Source: an uncultured bacterium
GTDB taxonomy: Bacteria > Lernaellota > Lernaellaia > Lernaellales > Lernaellaceae
Reading direction: 5' to 3'
DNA length: 12,949 bases
Assembly (NCBI GenBank): GCA_964534375.1
Contig: CAZHPN010000168.1
Coordinates: 1 to 12,949, forward strand
In this document: one piece after another, positions 1 through 9,781 of the stretch
How positions within the stretch are numbered: position 1 is the stretch's first letter
How the letters are laid out: the number at the start of each line of letters is the position of its first letter
Notes under the pieces: generated by a model
The model's input: the letters and a program-made list of their open reading frames with translations, nothing else
Told to the model about the DNA's origin: nothing
The model's database searches: none
Position numbers and translations under genes: made by a program

Positions 1-241
1 GTCTGCTCGGTTTGTCCGCCCGGCGAACCGAGTTCGAGCGCGGTTGGGTTGTTTGTTGCGAAGAAACGCCATCGTCATATTCTTCGGCGCTTCGGTCGGG
101 CGGCGATTGCCGGCCCAACCGGCGCCGGCGGGCGGCGCCCCGCCGGCTGAAGCGGTTCGCGAGCCGCCGCAACCGGCCGCGCCAGGCGGCGCGGACCGAT
201 GCGAAAATTGCGTGGTATTTCCGCAAGAAAAGAACGCGGCG

Positions 242-295
242 ATGGACATTCTGGGAGTCATGGGACCTACGAGATTTATGGGACCGATGGGGATC
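242..295. repeat. Degenerate 9-bp tandem repeat, 6 units
   Basis: In-register units ATGGACATT / CTGGGAGTC / ATGGGACCT / ACGAGATTT / ATGGGACCG / ATGGGGATC in the non-coding region upstream of the YyaL-like gene. Confidence 0.6.
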
Positions 296-364
296 GCCGA
301 TTTTCGCAGTTTTCCACGGAAGACATCGCCCTTCCCCGTTACGCGGTTTCGCCCCGCAAGACGC

Positions 365-386
365 CATTCCCGCGGAGGCGGGAATG
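365..386. repeat. REP-like palindrome CATTCCC-N8-GGGAATG (dRS3-type core)
   Basis: CATTCCC GCGGAGGC GGGAATG has perfect 7-bp inverted arms and an 8-nt spacer, matching the ATTCCC-N8-GGGAAT consensus. Confidence 0.6.
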
Positions 387-608
387 ATGATAAGACGGCA
401 ACAAAGCCGCAGGCGCGCGCCAACGCCTTGCGTCCCCAACGCTGCGACTTACGTTTCAATCAAGAGCCCGGGCCGGCGGCGGAGCTTCGTGGATCGACGC
501 GTGAAACAACGAGTTGTTTTGCTGATATTCGCGCTGGCGGCAGCGTCGGCGGGCGCCTGCAAGATATCGGGCGCCGCTCATTCCGCGGCCCGTGAGGAGG
601 ACGCCACG

Positions 609-2816
<2,208 letters not shown>

Positions 2817-2957
2817 GCGAACGCCGGCGGCGAATTGCCGGGTTGCCGACCAGGGATAAGTGTTTTCTAATCGGCTCAAACAGGAGACTGGCAATGACGA
2901 ACTCGAACTTGGTTCGGCGTCGGCGCGCGATGCCGGACGCCGTTTCGGTTTAGCTCC

Positions 2958-3485
2958 ATGGCCGGTCAGACTGCCTGGCGGCATCTGCGCGCGATCGCCA
3001 CGCTTCCCGGCGTTGCAATCTTGGTCGTGCCGGGCGTCATTCTCGCGGGCCGCGGCGGCTGGCGCGGTTTGACCCACGTTTCGCCCGCGTTGCAACTCGC
3101 GCTGATCGCGGCGGGCGTCGCGCTCGCGGCGCTCGGCCTCGCGTTGATGACGAAGACCATTTCGCTTTTCGTCCGTGTGGGCCAAGGCACGCTCGCGCCG
3201 TGGGACCCGCCGGAGAAATTCGTGGTCCGCGGAATCTACCGGCGCGTGCGCAACCCGATGATCACCGGGGTCGTGCTGTTGCTTCTCGCCGAGGCCGCGC
3301 TGTTCGCCTCGCCGGCGCTGCTCGCCTGGTTCGCCGCGTTCGCCGTCGCCAATTTGCTCTGGATTCCGCTCGTCGAGGAGCCGGCTCTGGTGCGCCGCTT
3401 CGGCGACCTCTACCAGGATTACCGTCTTCACGTGCCGCGCTGGATCCCGCGGGCGACCCCGTGGGACCCGCCGCCCGGGTCTTGA
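2958..3485 (+). CDS. Isoprenylcysteine carboxylmethyltransferase / phospholipid methyltransferase (ICMT/PEMT) family membrane protein
   Basis: 175 aa with several hydrophobic segments. Motifs GQGTLAPWDPPEKFVVRGIYRRVRNPM and EEPALVRRFGDLYQDYRLHVPRWIP are typical of the family. Confidence 0.9.
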   Translation: MAGQTAWRHLRAIATLPGVAILVVPGVILAGRGGWRGLTHVSPALQLALIAAGVALAALGLALMTKTISLFVRVGQGTLAPWDPPEKFVVRGIYRRVRNPMITGVVLLLLAEAALFASPALLAWFAAFAVANLLWIPLVEEPALVRRFGDLYQDYRLHVPRWIPRATPWDPPPGS

Positions 3486-3497
3486 TGGCGACGCGAG

Positions 3498-3540
3498 AAG
3501 GCGGCGCCGGGGACGAAAAGCTCCGCGGCCGTCTTTTTTC
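3498..3540 (+). terminator. Possible intrinsic terminator downstream of the methyltransferase gene
   Basis: Imperfect GC-rich hairpin (AAGGCGGC 3498-3505 pairs with GCCGTCTT 3528-3535; inner CGGGG/CTCCG) running into a T6 tract at 3534-3539, 12 nt after the stop codon. Confidence 0.45.
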
Positions 3541-3626
3541 CGCCACGGAATAGTGCTTTACTGTCGGCCGAAAATTATTAGGGTTAATTGCACGGCGAAA
3601 TACTCGGGACGCGTTTGACAGCGACC

Positions 3627-3643
3627 CCGGCCTATTTGTTGCA
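3627..3643 (+). promoter_or_regulatory. Candidate sigma54 (-24/-12) promoter upstream of glgP
   Basis: CCGGCCTATTTGTTGCA has GG (3629-3630)-N10-GC (3641-3642) with a TTGCA -12 box. The -24 box only partly matches TGGCAC. Confidence 0.3.
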
Positions 3644-3669
3644 CGCCGGCCGAACCTTTGGGAGACGCG

Positions 3670-6225
3670 ATGCCGACGATCTATGCGTACGAAGTGATTC
3701 CCCGACTTCCGGAAAAGCTCTCCGCCCTGCTCGACATCGCGTACAACTTGTGGTGGACGTGGAACCACGACGCCATCGCGCTGTTTCGGCGCATCGCGCG
3801 CGACGTCTGGGAAGACGTGTCGCACAACCCCGTGCTGCTGCTGGGGCGCGTCAGCCAAAGCCGGCTCGAAGAAATCGCCGCCGACGAAGGGTTCATCGCC
3901 CATCTCCACCGCGTCCATGGCAACCTCCAAACCTACTTGACCGCCAAGACGTGGCGCGAACGCCGCTACGGCGACGCGGGCAACAATCTGATCGCCTACT
4001 TCTCGATGGAATTCGGTCTGTCCGAGTCCCTGCCGGTTTACTCGGGCGGCCTGGGCGTGCTGGCCGGCGACACGCTCAAGAGCGCCTCGGATTTGGGTCT
4101 GCCGCTGGTCGGGGTCGGCCTGGCCTATCAGCAGGGCTACTTTCGGCAATACCTGAACATCGACGGCTGGCAGCAGGAGAGTTATCCGACGAACGACTTC
4201 TTCAACCTGCCGATCAAACCCGTTTACAACGAAGACGGCACGCGGTTGAAGGCGCCGATCTGGTTCCCGCATCGCACGGTGATGCTCGACGTCTGGCGGG
4301 TGCAGGTCGGCCGCGTGCCGCTGTTTCTGCTCGACGCGAACTGCCAGGAGAACGACCCCGCCGACCGGAAAATCACGGACACGCTCTACGGCGGCGACCA
4401 GGAAATGCGCATTCAGCAAGAGGTGGTCCTGGGCATCGGCGGCATCCGCGCGCTCGACGCGATGAACCTCCGGCCGACTGTCTGCCACATGAACGAAGGC
4501 CACAGCGCGTTTCTGACGCTCGAACGCATCCGCCAGCTTCGCGAGAAAAGCGGGCTTTCGTTCCATGAAGCGCGCGAGGCGATCGGCTCGGCCAACGTGT
4601 TCACGACGCACACCCCGGTGCCCGCGGGCTTCGACATTTTCAGCCCGGCGCTGATGGACAAGTACATGCGCGACTACCCCGGGCGCCTCGACTTGTCGAA
4701 GAAAGCCTTCCTCTCGCTCGGCCGCAAGGACGCCGACAACCCCGACGAGGGCTTCAACATGGCGCTGCTCGCCGGCCGGCACGCCAGCTACATCAACGCC
4801 GTTTCGAAGCTGCACGCGCACGTCACGCGCGAAATGTGGAAGGACCAGTGGCGCGACGTGCCGCGCAACGAAGTGCCGATTCACCACGTCACCAACGGCG
4901 TGCACTTGCGCGGCTGGATCAGCCGCGAAATGGCCGACTTCTTCGACACCTACCTCGGCAGCCAATGGGACAGCAATCCGGAAGAGAAAAATGTGTGGGC
5001 GAGATTGGCCCAGGCGCCGGAAGAAGAACTGTGGCGCGTGCACCTGCGCCGGCGCGAGCGGATGGTCGGCTTCGTTCGCCGCCGCCTGCGCGAACAACTT
5101 CAGCGGCGCGGCGCCAACCGCGCGGAACTCGACGAAGCGCTGGAGACGCTCAGTCCGAACGCGCTGACCATCGGTTTTGCGCGGCGCTTCGCGACGTACA
5201 AACGCGCCACGCTGCTGCTGCGCGACCTCGACCGCCTGCGCCAGTTGCTATTGAACGAGGAGCGGCCGGTGCAAATCGTTTTTGCCGGCAAGGCGCACCC
5301 GAAAGACGTCAACGGCAAGGAGTTGATCAAGCAGCTTTACCATTTCGGGCGGGAGCCGAACGTCCGCCGGCGGTTCGTGTTCGTCGAGGACTACGACATG
5401 AACGTCGCCCGCTACCTCGTGCAGGGCGCCGACATCTGGCTCAACACGCCGCGGAGGCCGCTGGAGGCCAGCGGCACGTCCGGCATGAAAGCGGCGGCCA
5501 ACGGCTGCCTCAACGTGTCGGTGCTCGACGGCTGGTGGGACGAGGGTTATACGCCCGAGGTCGGCTGGGCGATCGGCCGCGGCGAGGACTACGCGGATTT
5601 CACCGTGCAGGACAACGTCGAGGCCAGCGCGCTCTACAATCTGCTGGAGCACGAAATTATCCCCTTGTTTTACGATCACTCGGCCGACCGGCTGCCGCGG
5701 CGCTGGATTCAAATGATGAAGCGCTCGATTCAACAACTGGCGCCGGAGTTCAACACGCACCGCATGGTCCAGGAGTACGCCGCCAAGTTCTATCAGCCCG
5801 CGTCGAAGCGTTTTCAGGAATTGTCGGCCAACGATTTCGCGCGCGCCCGCGAACTGGCCGCCTGGCGGAATCGCATTGCCAAGAACTGGAAGGACGTCAA
5901 GATTCTCGGCGTGCAATTTCCGCCGAGCCGCGTCTACCAGGTCGGCGACCGGATCGCCGTGCAAGTCGAGGTGAGCCTCGGCGGCCTCGAACCGCGCGAC
6001 GTTGCGGTGGAGATCTACGCCGGCCCGCTCAACGAGACCGGCGAGATTGTTCGCGGCCAGACCGTGAAAATGGACGACGGCCAACCGGGCGACGCCGGCG
6101 CGCGCCGGTACCATAGCGAAGTCGTCTGCCAGGCCTCCGGCCGCCACGGCTTCAGCGTCCGCATCCTGCCCACGCACCACGACCTGGTGACGAATTTCGA
6201 CCTCGGCATTATCACGTGGGCGTGA
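3670..6225 (+). CDS. glgP: Alpha-glucan (glycogen/starch/maltodextrin) phosphorylase, GT35 family
   Basis: Motifs AYNLWWTW, AYFSMEFGL, YSGGLGVLAGD, HMNEGHSAF, FTTHTPVPAG, HVTNGVH, IGFARRFATYKRA, FAGKAHPKD and the PLP-lysine motif EASGTSGMKAAANG. ATG 3670 follows GGGAG (3660-3664), giving 851 aa. Confidence 0.98.
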   Translation: MPTIYAYEVIPRLPEKLSALLDIAYNLWWTWNHDAIALFRRIARDVWEDVSHNPVLLLGRVSQSRLEEIAADEGFIAHLHRVHGNLQTYLTAKTWRERRYGDAGNNLIAYFSMEFGLSESLPVYSGGLGVLAGDTLKSASDLGLPLVGVGLAYQQGYFRQYLNIDGWQQESYPTNDFFNLPIKPVYNEDGTRLKAPIWFPHRTVMLDVWRVQVGRVPLFLLDANCQENDPADRKITDTLYGGDQEMRIQQEVVLGIGGIRALDAMNLRPTVCHMNEGHSAFLTLERIRQLREKSGLSFHEAREAIGSANVFTTHTPVPAGFDIFSPALMDKYMRDYPGRLDLSKKAFLSLGRKDADNPDEGFNMALLAGRHASYINAVSKLHAHVTREMWKDQWRDVPRNEVPIHHVTNGVHLRGWISREMADFFDTYLGSQWDSNPEEKNVWARLAQAPEEELWRVHLRRRERMVGFVRRRLREQLQRRGANRAELDEALETLSPNALTIGFARRFATYKRATLLLRDLDRLRQLLLNEERPVQIVFAGKAHPKDVNGKELIKQLYHFGREPNVRRRFVFVEDYDMNVARYLVQGADIWLNTPRRPLEASGTSGMKAAANGCLNVSVLDGWWDEGYTPEVGWAIGRGEDYADFTVQDNVEASALYNLLEHEIIPLFYDHSADRLPRRWIQMMKRSIQQLAPEFNTHRMVQEYAAKFYQPASKRFQELSANDFARARELAAWRNRIAKNWKDVKILGVQFPPSRVYQVGDRIAVQVEVSLGGLEPRDVAVEIYAGPLNETGEIVRGQTVKMDDGQPGDAGARRYHSEVVCQASGRHGFSVRILPTHHDLVTNFDLGIITWA

Positions 6226-6231
6226 GTGGGG

Positions 6232-6266
6232 CAGTGAACAGTGAACAGTGAGCAGTGAACAGTGGG
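6232..6266. repeat. Heptameric tandem repeat (CAGTGRR)x5
   Basis: CAGTGAA CAGTGAA CAGTGAG CAGTGAA CAGTGGG, starting 6 nt after the glgP stop codon. Confidence 0.9.
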
Positions 6267-6368
6267 CAGGGGCCGAGCCGCCGGCAAATATCACTTTTTG
6301 CATTGGCGAAAGCGAGGGTGATGCGAGATCATTTGCTGACCCGACGCGACAGATGCGTCCGCCCGTTG

Positions 6369-6424
6369 GCCCCTCTCGGCGTCAGGGGCGGGGAATTTCG
6401 GGAACCGAAATTTCCGGGGAGGGG
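6369..6424. repeat. REP-like double-hairpin element between convergent genes
   Basis: GCCCCT(6369-6374)...AGGGGC(6384-6389) hairpin, then GGGAATTTCGG-GAA-CCGAAATTTCC (6391-6415; 11-bp stem with one G-U pair), then GGGGAGGGG. Confidence 0.45.
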
Positions 6425-6494
6425 TCGGCGCGACGAGTCGCGCATGGAGCCGATATGATGATAGAGGCTCAGCAGCCCGTAGTTCCGGAAGTCG

Positions 6495-8324
6495 CTATTT
6501 TTGCCCGCCGCGTTCTTCCTCGATCGCCAGGGTCGCAATCAGCGCGCTGATCGAGTGCTGCACGTAATCGATTTGGATTTCCGGATTGGTGTAGCCGAAC
6601 ATGAAGCCGCCAAGCGCCTTTTTCGGCTCGGCGAAAAACATGCCGCTGGTTTCGTTGATCTGGTTGCGCATCAAATAGGTCGCACCCTTGAGCAGCACAT
6701 CGTAAAAGCGATCCATCCGCTCTTTGTCGCCAAGTTGCTTCGCGAGCCGGTACAGCGCGGCCGTGCCCTCGAGCCGGCAGGCCGCAGCCACCGACGACGG
6801 GTCCTTGTAATAGCCGCCGATCAGGTCGGGATCTTTGTTGTCGGGGGTGAACTTTTCGTCCATCGCCTTGAAGATGCGCCAGCCGTGCTCGACCTGATTG
6901 GCCTTGGGCTTGAATTGATGGACCACGTCGATGGCGTAGGTCAGCCAATGGTCGTGCGGCACCTGCGAATCGGTGAGCTTGGCGTCGCGGACGTCGGCGA
7001 TGTAGTCGATGCCCTTCGACGCCAGGTCGATCCAATGCGGGTTATGGTCCAGCGCGTGCAGCGTGGTCAGACCGAAGAAGGCCTCGCCGGGGTAATACAG
7101 CACGTCCTTTTCATTTTTGTCCTCGTTGGCCGGATTGGCGTAGTAGCGCATCTTCACGTTGCCGTCGGGCAGGATCATCGACTCGATGAACCGCGCGTAG
7201 CCGTACATCAACGGCAGATGACTGCGGTCGCCGGTCGCCAGCGCGTGGCGGCTGAAGGCCAGCAGCGCCAGGCCCGACCCGCCGAGCTTGGCGACCTTGA
7301 GCTGTTCGTCGAACAGCGCGGCCCAGGGCGCTTTTTCCCACTCGGTGTTTTCCGGCCCTTTGGTGTGCTCGACCATCCATTTCATGCCGTTTTCGATCGA
7401 GGCGAGCAACGCCGGGTCCTTCGTCAATTCGTAAACCTGCGTCATCGCGAAAACCGTGCCCGCGTGGCGCAGTTCGTTGTATTCCTTCTTCGAGTTTTGC
7501 AAATGCGGGTTGTAGCAATAATCGAACTGGCCGTTGTCCTTCATGCCCCGGCGCAAATACTCGACGCCGGCGAGGATCGATCGCCGCAAATGGTCGGGCG
7601 TCGGGTCGAAATCGTCGACGCGGTTGCCGCGCCGCAACGTCCACACCGCGCCGTCCGGCCCTTCCATGAACGAAATCGTCGTGAACAGCGCGTAACGCAG
7701 CTTCGGCGAGTCGAACACTTCATCCTCGGTGGCGCCGCCGATGCCGCGGATCTTCGCCAACTTCTTGAACTGCGTCGCCGACAGCCGGCCGCGGCGGTCG
7801 ATCAGGCCCCAATCATCGATCTCTTGCGGCAGCAAGGCGATCGTCGGCGTCGTGGCGAGCAACAGCCCTTGTTTCGACACGTCGAAGCGCCATGTCGCCT
7901 TCTGCGCCTTCGTCAATTCGTCGGTCGTTTCGTCGATCACATCGACGCGCAACGGCAGCTTGGCGAGATCCTCGCTTTTCGCCAGACGTTTGAGCGTAGC
8001 GGCCGCGGCGGCGACGGCGTCGCGAATCGATGGGCCCCAGGCGAAAGCGGTCAACGCCGTCTGATTGGGCCGCGGCGCCGTGACGAACACGCCGCGCGCT
8101 TCGTCGCGGACCACGGTCTTGGGCGGCTCGCCGCTCGGCGCCTTCGCGCCGTCAACGGCGTGGCTGCGCGCCAGTTCGAGGATGTAATGTTTTTCGGCAT
8201 CGTCGAAAGATATCTTGCGGACGTTGGCGAACCGCGGGCTCGACCCCGCCCGGCCGCCGCACGCCGCGAGGGTCAGCAGCAGGGCCGCAACGAGCGCGAG
8301 ATAACGAAGCGAACGGCGCGACAT
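6495..8324 (-). CDS. Putative lipoprotein of unknown function with probable C-terminal alpha/alpha-toroid (six-hairpin-like) domain and possibly degenerate AMMECR1-like N-terminal region
   Basis: ATG 8324 is preceded by AAAGGAGG. The N-terminus MSRRSLRYLALVAALLLTLAA-C22 is a lipobox, and the protein is 609 aa. The helical C-terminal half carries motif-like blocks YNELRHAGT, KLGGSGLALLA, YYPGEAFFGL, DHWLTYA and QIDYVQHSISAL. RGVFVT recalls AMMECR1 domains. The fold assignment is inference. Confidence 0.8.
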   Translation of the reverse strand: MSRRSLRYLALVAALLLTLAACGGRAGSSPRFANVRKISFDDAEKHYILELARSHAVDGAKAPSGEPPKTVVRDEARGVFVTAPRPNQTALTAFAWGPSIRDAVAAAAATLKRLAKSEDLAKLPLRVDVIDETTDELTKAQKATWRFDVSKQGLLLATTPTIALLPQEIDDWGLIDRRGRLSATQFKKLAKIRGIGGATEDEVFDSPKLRYALFTTISFMEGPDGAVWTLRRGNRVDDFDPTPDHLRRSILAGVEYLRRGMKDNGQFDYCYNPHLQNSKKEYNELRHAGTVFAMTQVYELTKDPALLASIENGMKWMVEHTKGPENTEWEKAPWAALFDEQLKVAKLGGSGLALLAFSRHALATGDRSHLPLMYGYARFIESMILPDGNVKMRYYANPANEDKNEKDVLYYPGEAFFGLTTLHALDHNPHWIDLASKGIDYIADVRDAKLTDSQVPHDHWLTYAIDVVHQFKPKANQVEHGWRIFKAMDEKFTPDNKDPDLIGGYYKDPSSVAAACRLEGTAALYRLAKQLGDKERMDRFYDVLLKGATYLMRNQINETSGMFFAEPKKALGGFMFGYTNPEIQIDYVQHSISALIATLAIEEERGGQK

Positions 8325-8353
8325 GACGCCTCCTTTGTCCCAATCGGGACCGC

Positions 8354-8383
8354 AATGTAGCAAGCGGGTTTCGCGTTCGTCAA
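8354..8383 (-). promoter_or_regulatory. Candidate sigma70-type promoter for the lipoprotein gene
   Basis: Minus strand TTGACG-N18-TACATT with an extended -10 TGn, about 30 nt upstream of ATG 8324. Confidence 0.4.
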
Positions 8384-8435
8384 CGCGGCCAAGGGGCGGC
8401 CGGCCGAAAGCGCCCGTCGTTGCGCCCGCCTTTCC

Positions 8436-8464
8436 TTTACATTCGCCCGCCAGTTCGCAATAAT
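8436..8464 (+). promoter_or_regulatory. Candidate sigma70-type promoter for the gene starting at 8507
   Basis: TTTACA(8436-8441)-N17-AATAAT(8459-8464), a 5/6 match in both boxes within GC-rich DNA. Confidence 0.45.
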
Positions 8465-8506
8465 CGGTTGACGATCAGAAAACAAATCCGCAAAGGAGCC
8501 GAGCCC

Positions 8507-9754
8507 GTGCGTGCACTCACCGCCGCGAGTTGCCTGGCGATCCTTCTGGCCGCGACCGGCGCGTTCGCCGCGAGCAAGCCGACGCTGTTCTACTACAAGA
8601 CTGGGAGCACGAACCTGCTGACCGCCGTCGCGGGCGATCCGTCCGAACCGCTGTCGCTGATTTTTTCCGACGACGAGGCCTTCTCGGAGGATCTGGCCCG
8701 CCGGCTTGGGACCGCCTTGTTCCCGACCGAGCCCGAAGGCCGTTCCGATTCCGTCAAGGAGTTCCAGACCGCCTTGCGCGACCAGTTCGACATCAACGTC
8801 CGACCGCTGGGCTACTTTGCCCTGGACACCGTGCGGCACATCGGCGCCGCGGCGGACCGGCTGCAGTCGCTCAACCAGATCGGCCCCGTGCGGCTGATTT
8901 ATTTGAATCTCGCCCTGCAGGATCGCCAGGCGACGCCCTTGCTGCGCGAGTTTCTGCGCCTCACCGCCGTCCGCCGGGCCGGAACAACGCTCACCGACGA
9001 GCAGATCGACCAATGCCGACTGGCCCTGGCCGACGCCCTCGAGAAATTCGTCGCCGCGAGCACGCCCATCGCGCTGAAAGGCATCTTGGAAGGCGCCTTT
9101 GCCGAAACGAACTGCGCGCCGCAAGCCGCCGAGAAAAACACGCCGGCGGGCGACACGGCGGTCCCGCCGGCGCGCGACGGCATCGCGGCGCCGCCCGCGG
9201 TCCCGAATCCCCCGGCGGAGCGGCCGGTGCGCCATGCCGGCGGCGATGAGGGCGGTTCGTCGACGGCGGCTGTGGTGCTCGTCATCGTCGCGGCGCTGGC
9301 CGCGGCGGCCGGCGGTCTGGTGCTGTATATCCGCCGGAGCGAACGGGGGCGGCAAGAACAGATCGCTCGGACGCGACTGGTCGGCATTGGCCGGACTCCC
9401 CCGCCGCCGGAAGAACCTGCCGTTCCCGAGACGCCGCCGCCGGCCGCCCTCGAACTTTGGCCGGACGAGGTTCCGTCGCCGGCGGCCGCCGCCGCGCCGC
9501 CCGTCGCCCGGCTGGCCGTGCCGCCGAGCCCCGCCGGCGCATCGCCGAACGACGCGGCCTGGAAGAAATTAGGCGATGACGTGGAAGAACTGAAAGGCCA
9601 GGTGGGGCAACTCGCCGAGATGGATCGCGCCGCGCTGAAGAAATTCAACGAACTCCAGTTGCTGTTTACGCGTGCGATCGGCGACTTGACGCAAGTGCTC
9701 GAAGCGCAGGACCGCCGACTGGCGAAACTGGAGAAGGGTTCGCCGCGAAGTTGA
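8507..9754 (+). CDS. Hypothetical type I membrane protein (signal peptide, ectodomain, single TM, Pro/Ala-rich linker, C-terminal coiled coil)
   Basis: GTG 8507 follows AAAGGAG (8492-8498). Signal peptide MRALTAASCLAILLAATGAFA; TM AAVVLVIVAALAAAAGGLVLYI followed by RRSERGR; heptad-like tail LGDDVEELKGQVGQL...LEAQDRRLAKLEKG; 415 aa. Confidence 0.75.
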   Translation: MRALTAASCLAILLAATGAFAASKPTLFYYKTGSTNLLTAVAGDPSEPLSLIFSDDEAFSEDLARRLGTALFPTEPEGRSDSVKEFQTALRDQFDINVRPLGYFALDTVRHIGAAADRLQSLNQIGPVRLIYLNLALQDRQATPLLREFLRLTAVRRAGTTLTDEQIDQCRLALADALEKFVAASTPIALKGILEGAFAETNCAPQAAEKNTPAGDTAVPPARDGIAAPPAVPNPPAERPVRHAGGDEGGSSTAAVVLVIVAALAAAAGGLVLYIRRSERGRQEQIARTRLVGIGRTPPPPEEPAVPETPPPAALELWPDEVPSPAAAAAPPVARLAVPPSPAGASPNDAAWKKLGDDVEELKGQVGQLAEMDRAALKKFNELQLLFTRAIGDLTQVLEAQDRRLAKLEKGSPRS

Positions 9755-9781
9755 GCGGCAGCGGCGCGGACGCGCTGGCGT

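Noticed and set aside
1..78. Possible minus-strand gene start ([26 protein letters not shown]...) running off the left edge
   Set aside because: Only 26 codons are visible, with no convincing SD and no recognisable motif, so it cannot be supported from this window.
95..195. GC-rich inverted repeats near the left end
   Set aside because: Short G/C-only stems are expected by chance at this composition, with no U-tract or recognisable RNA motif.
12..500. N-terminal 163 codons of the 934-aa ORF
   Set aside because: Arg-rich low-complexity translation that crosses tandem and palindromic repeats. Family similarity and the SD point to a start at 609 (or 501).
6335..6429. tRNA-like cloverleaf
   Set aside because: No TTCRA T-loop, no canonical D or anticodon arm spacing and no CCA end on either strand.
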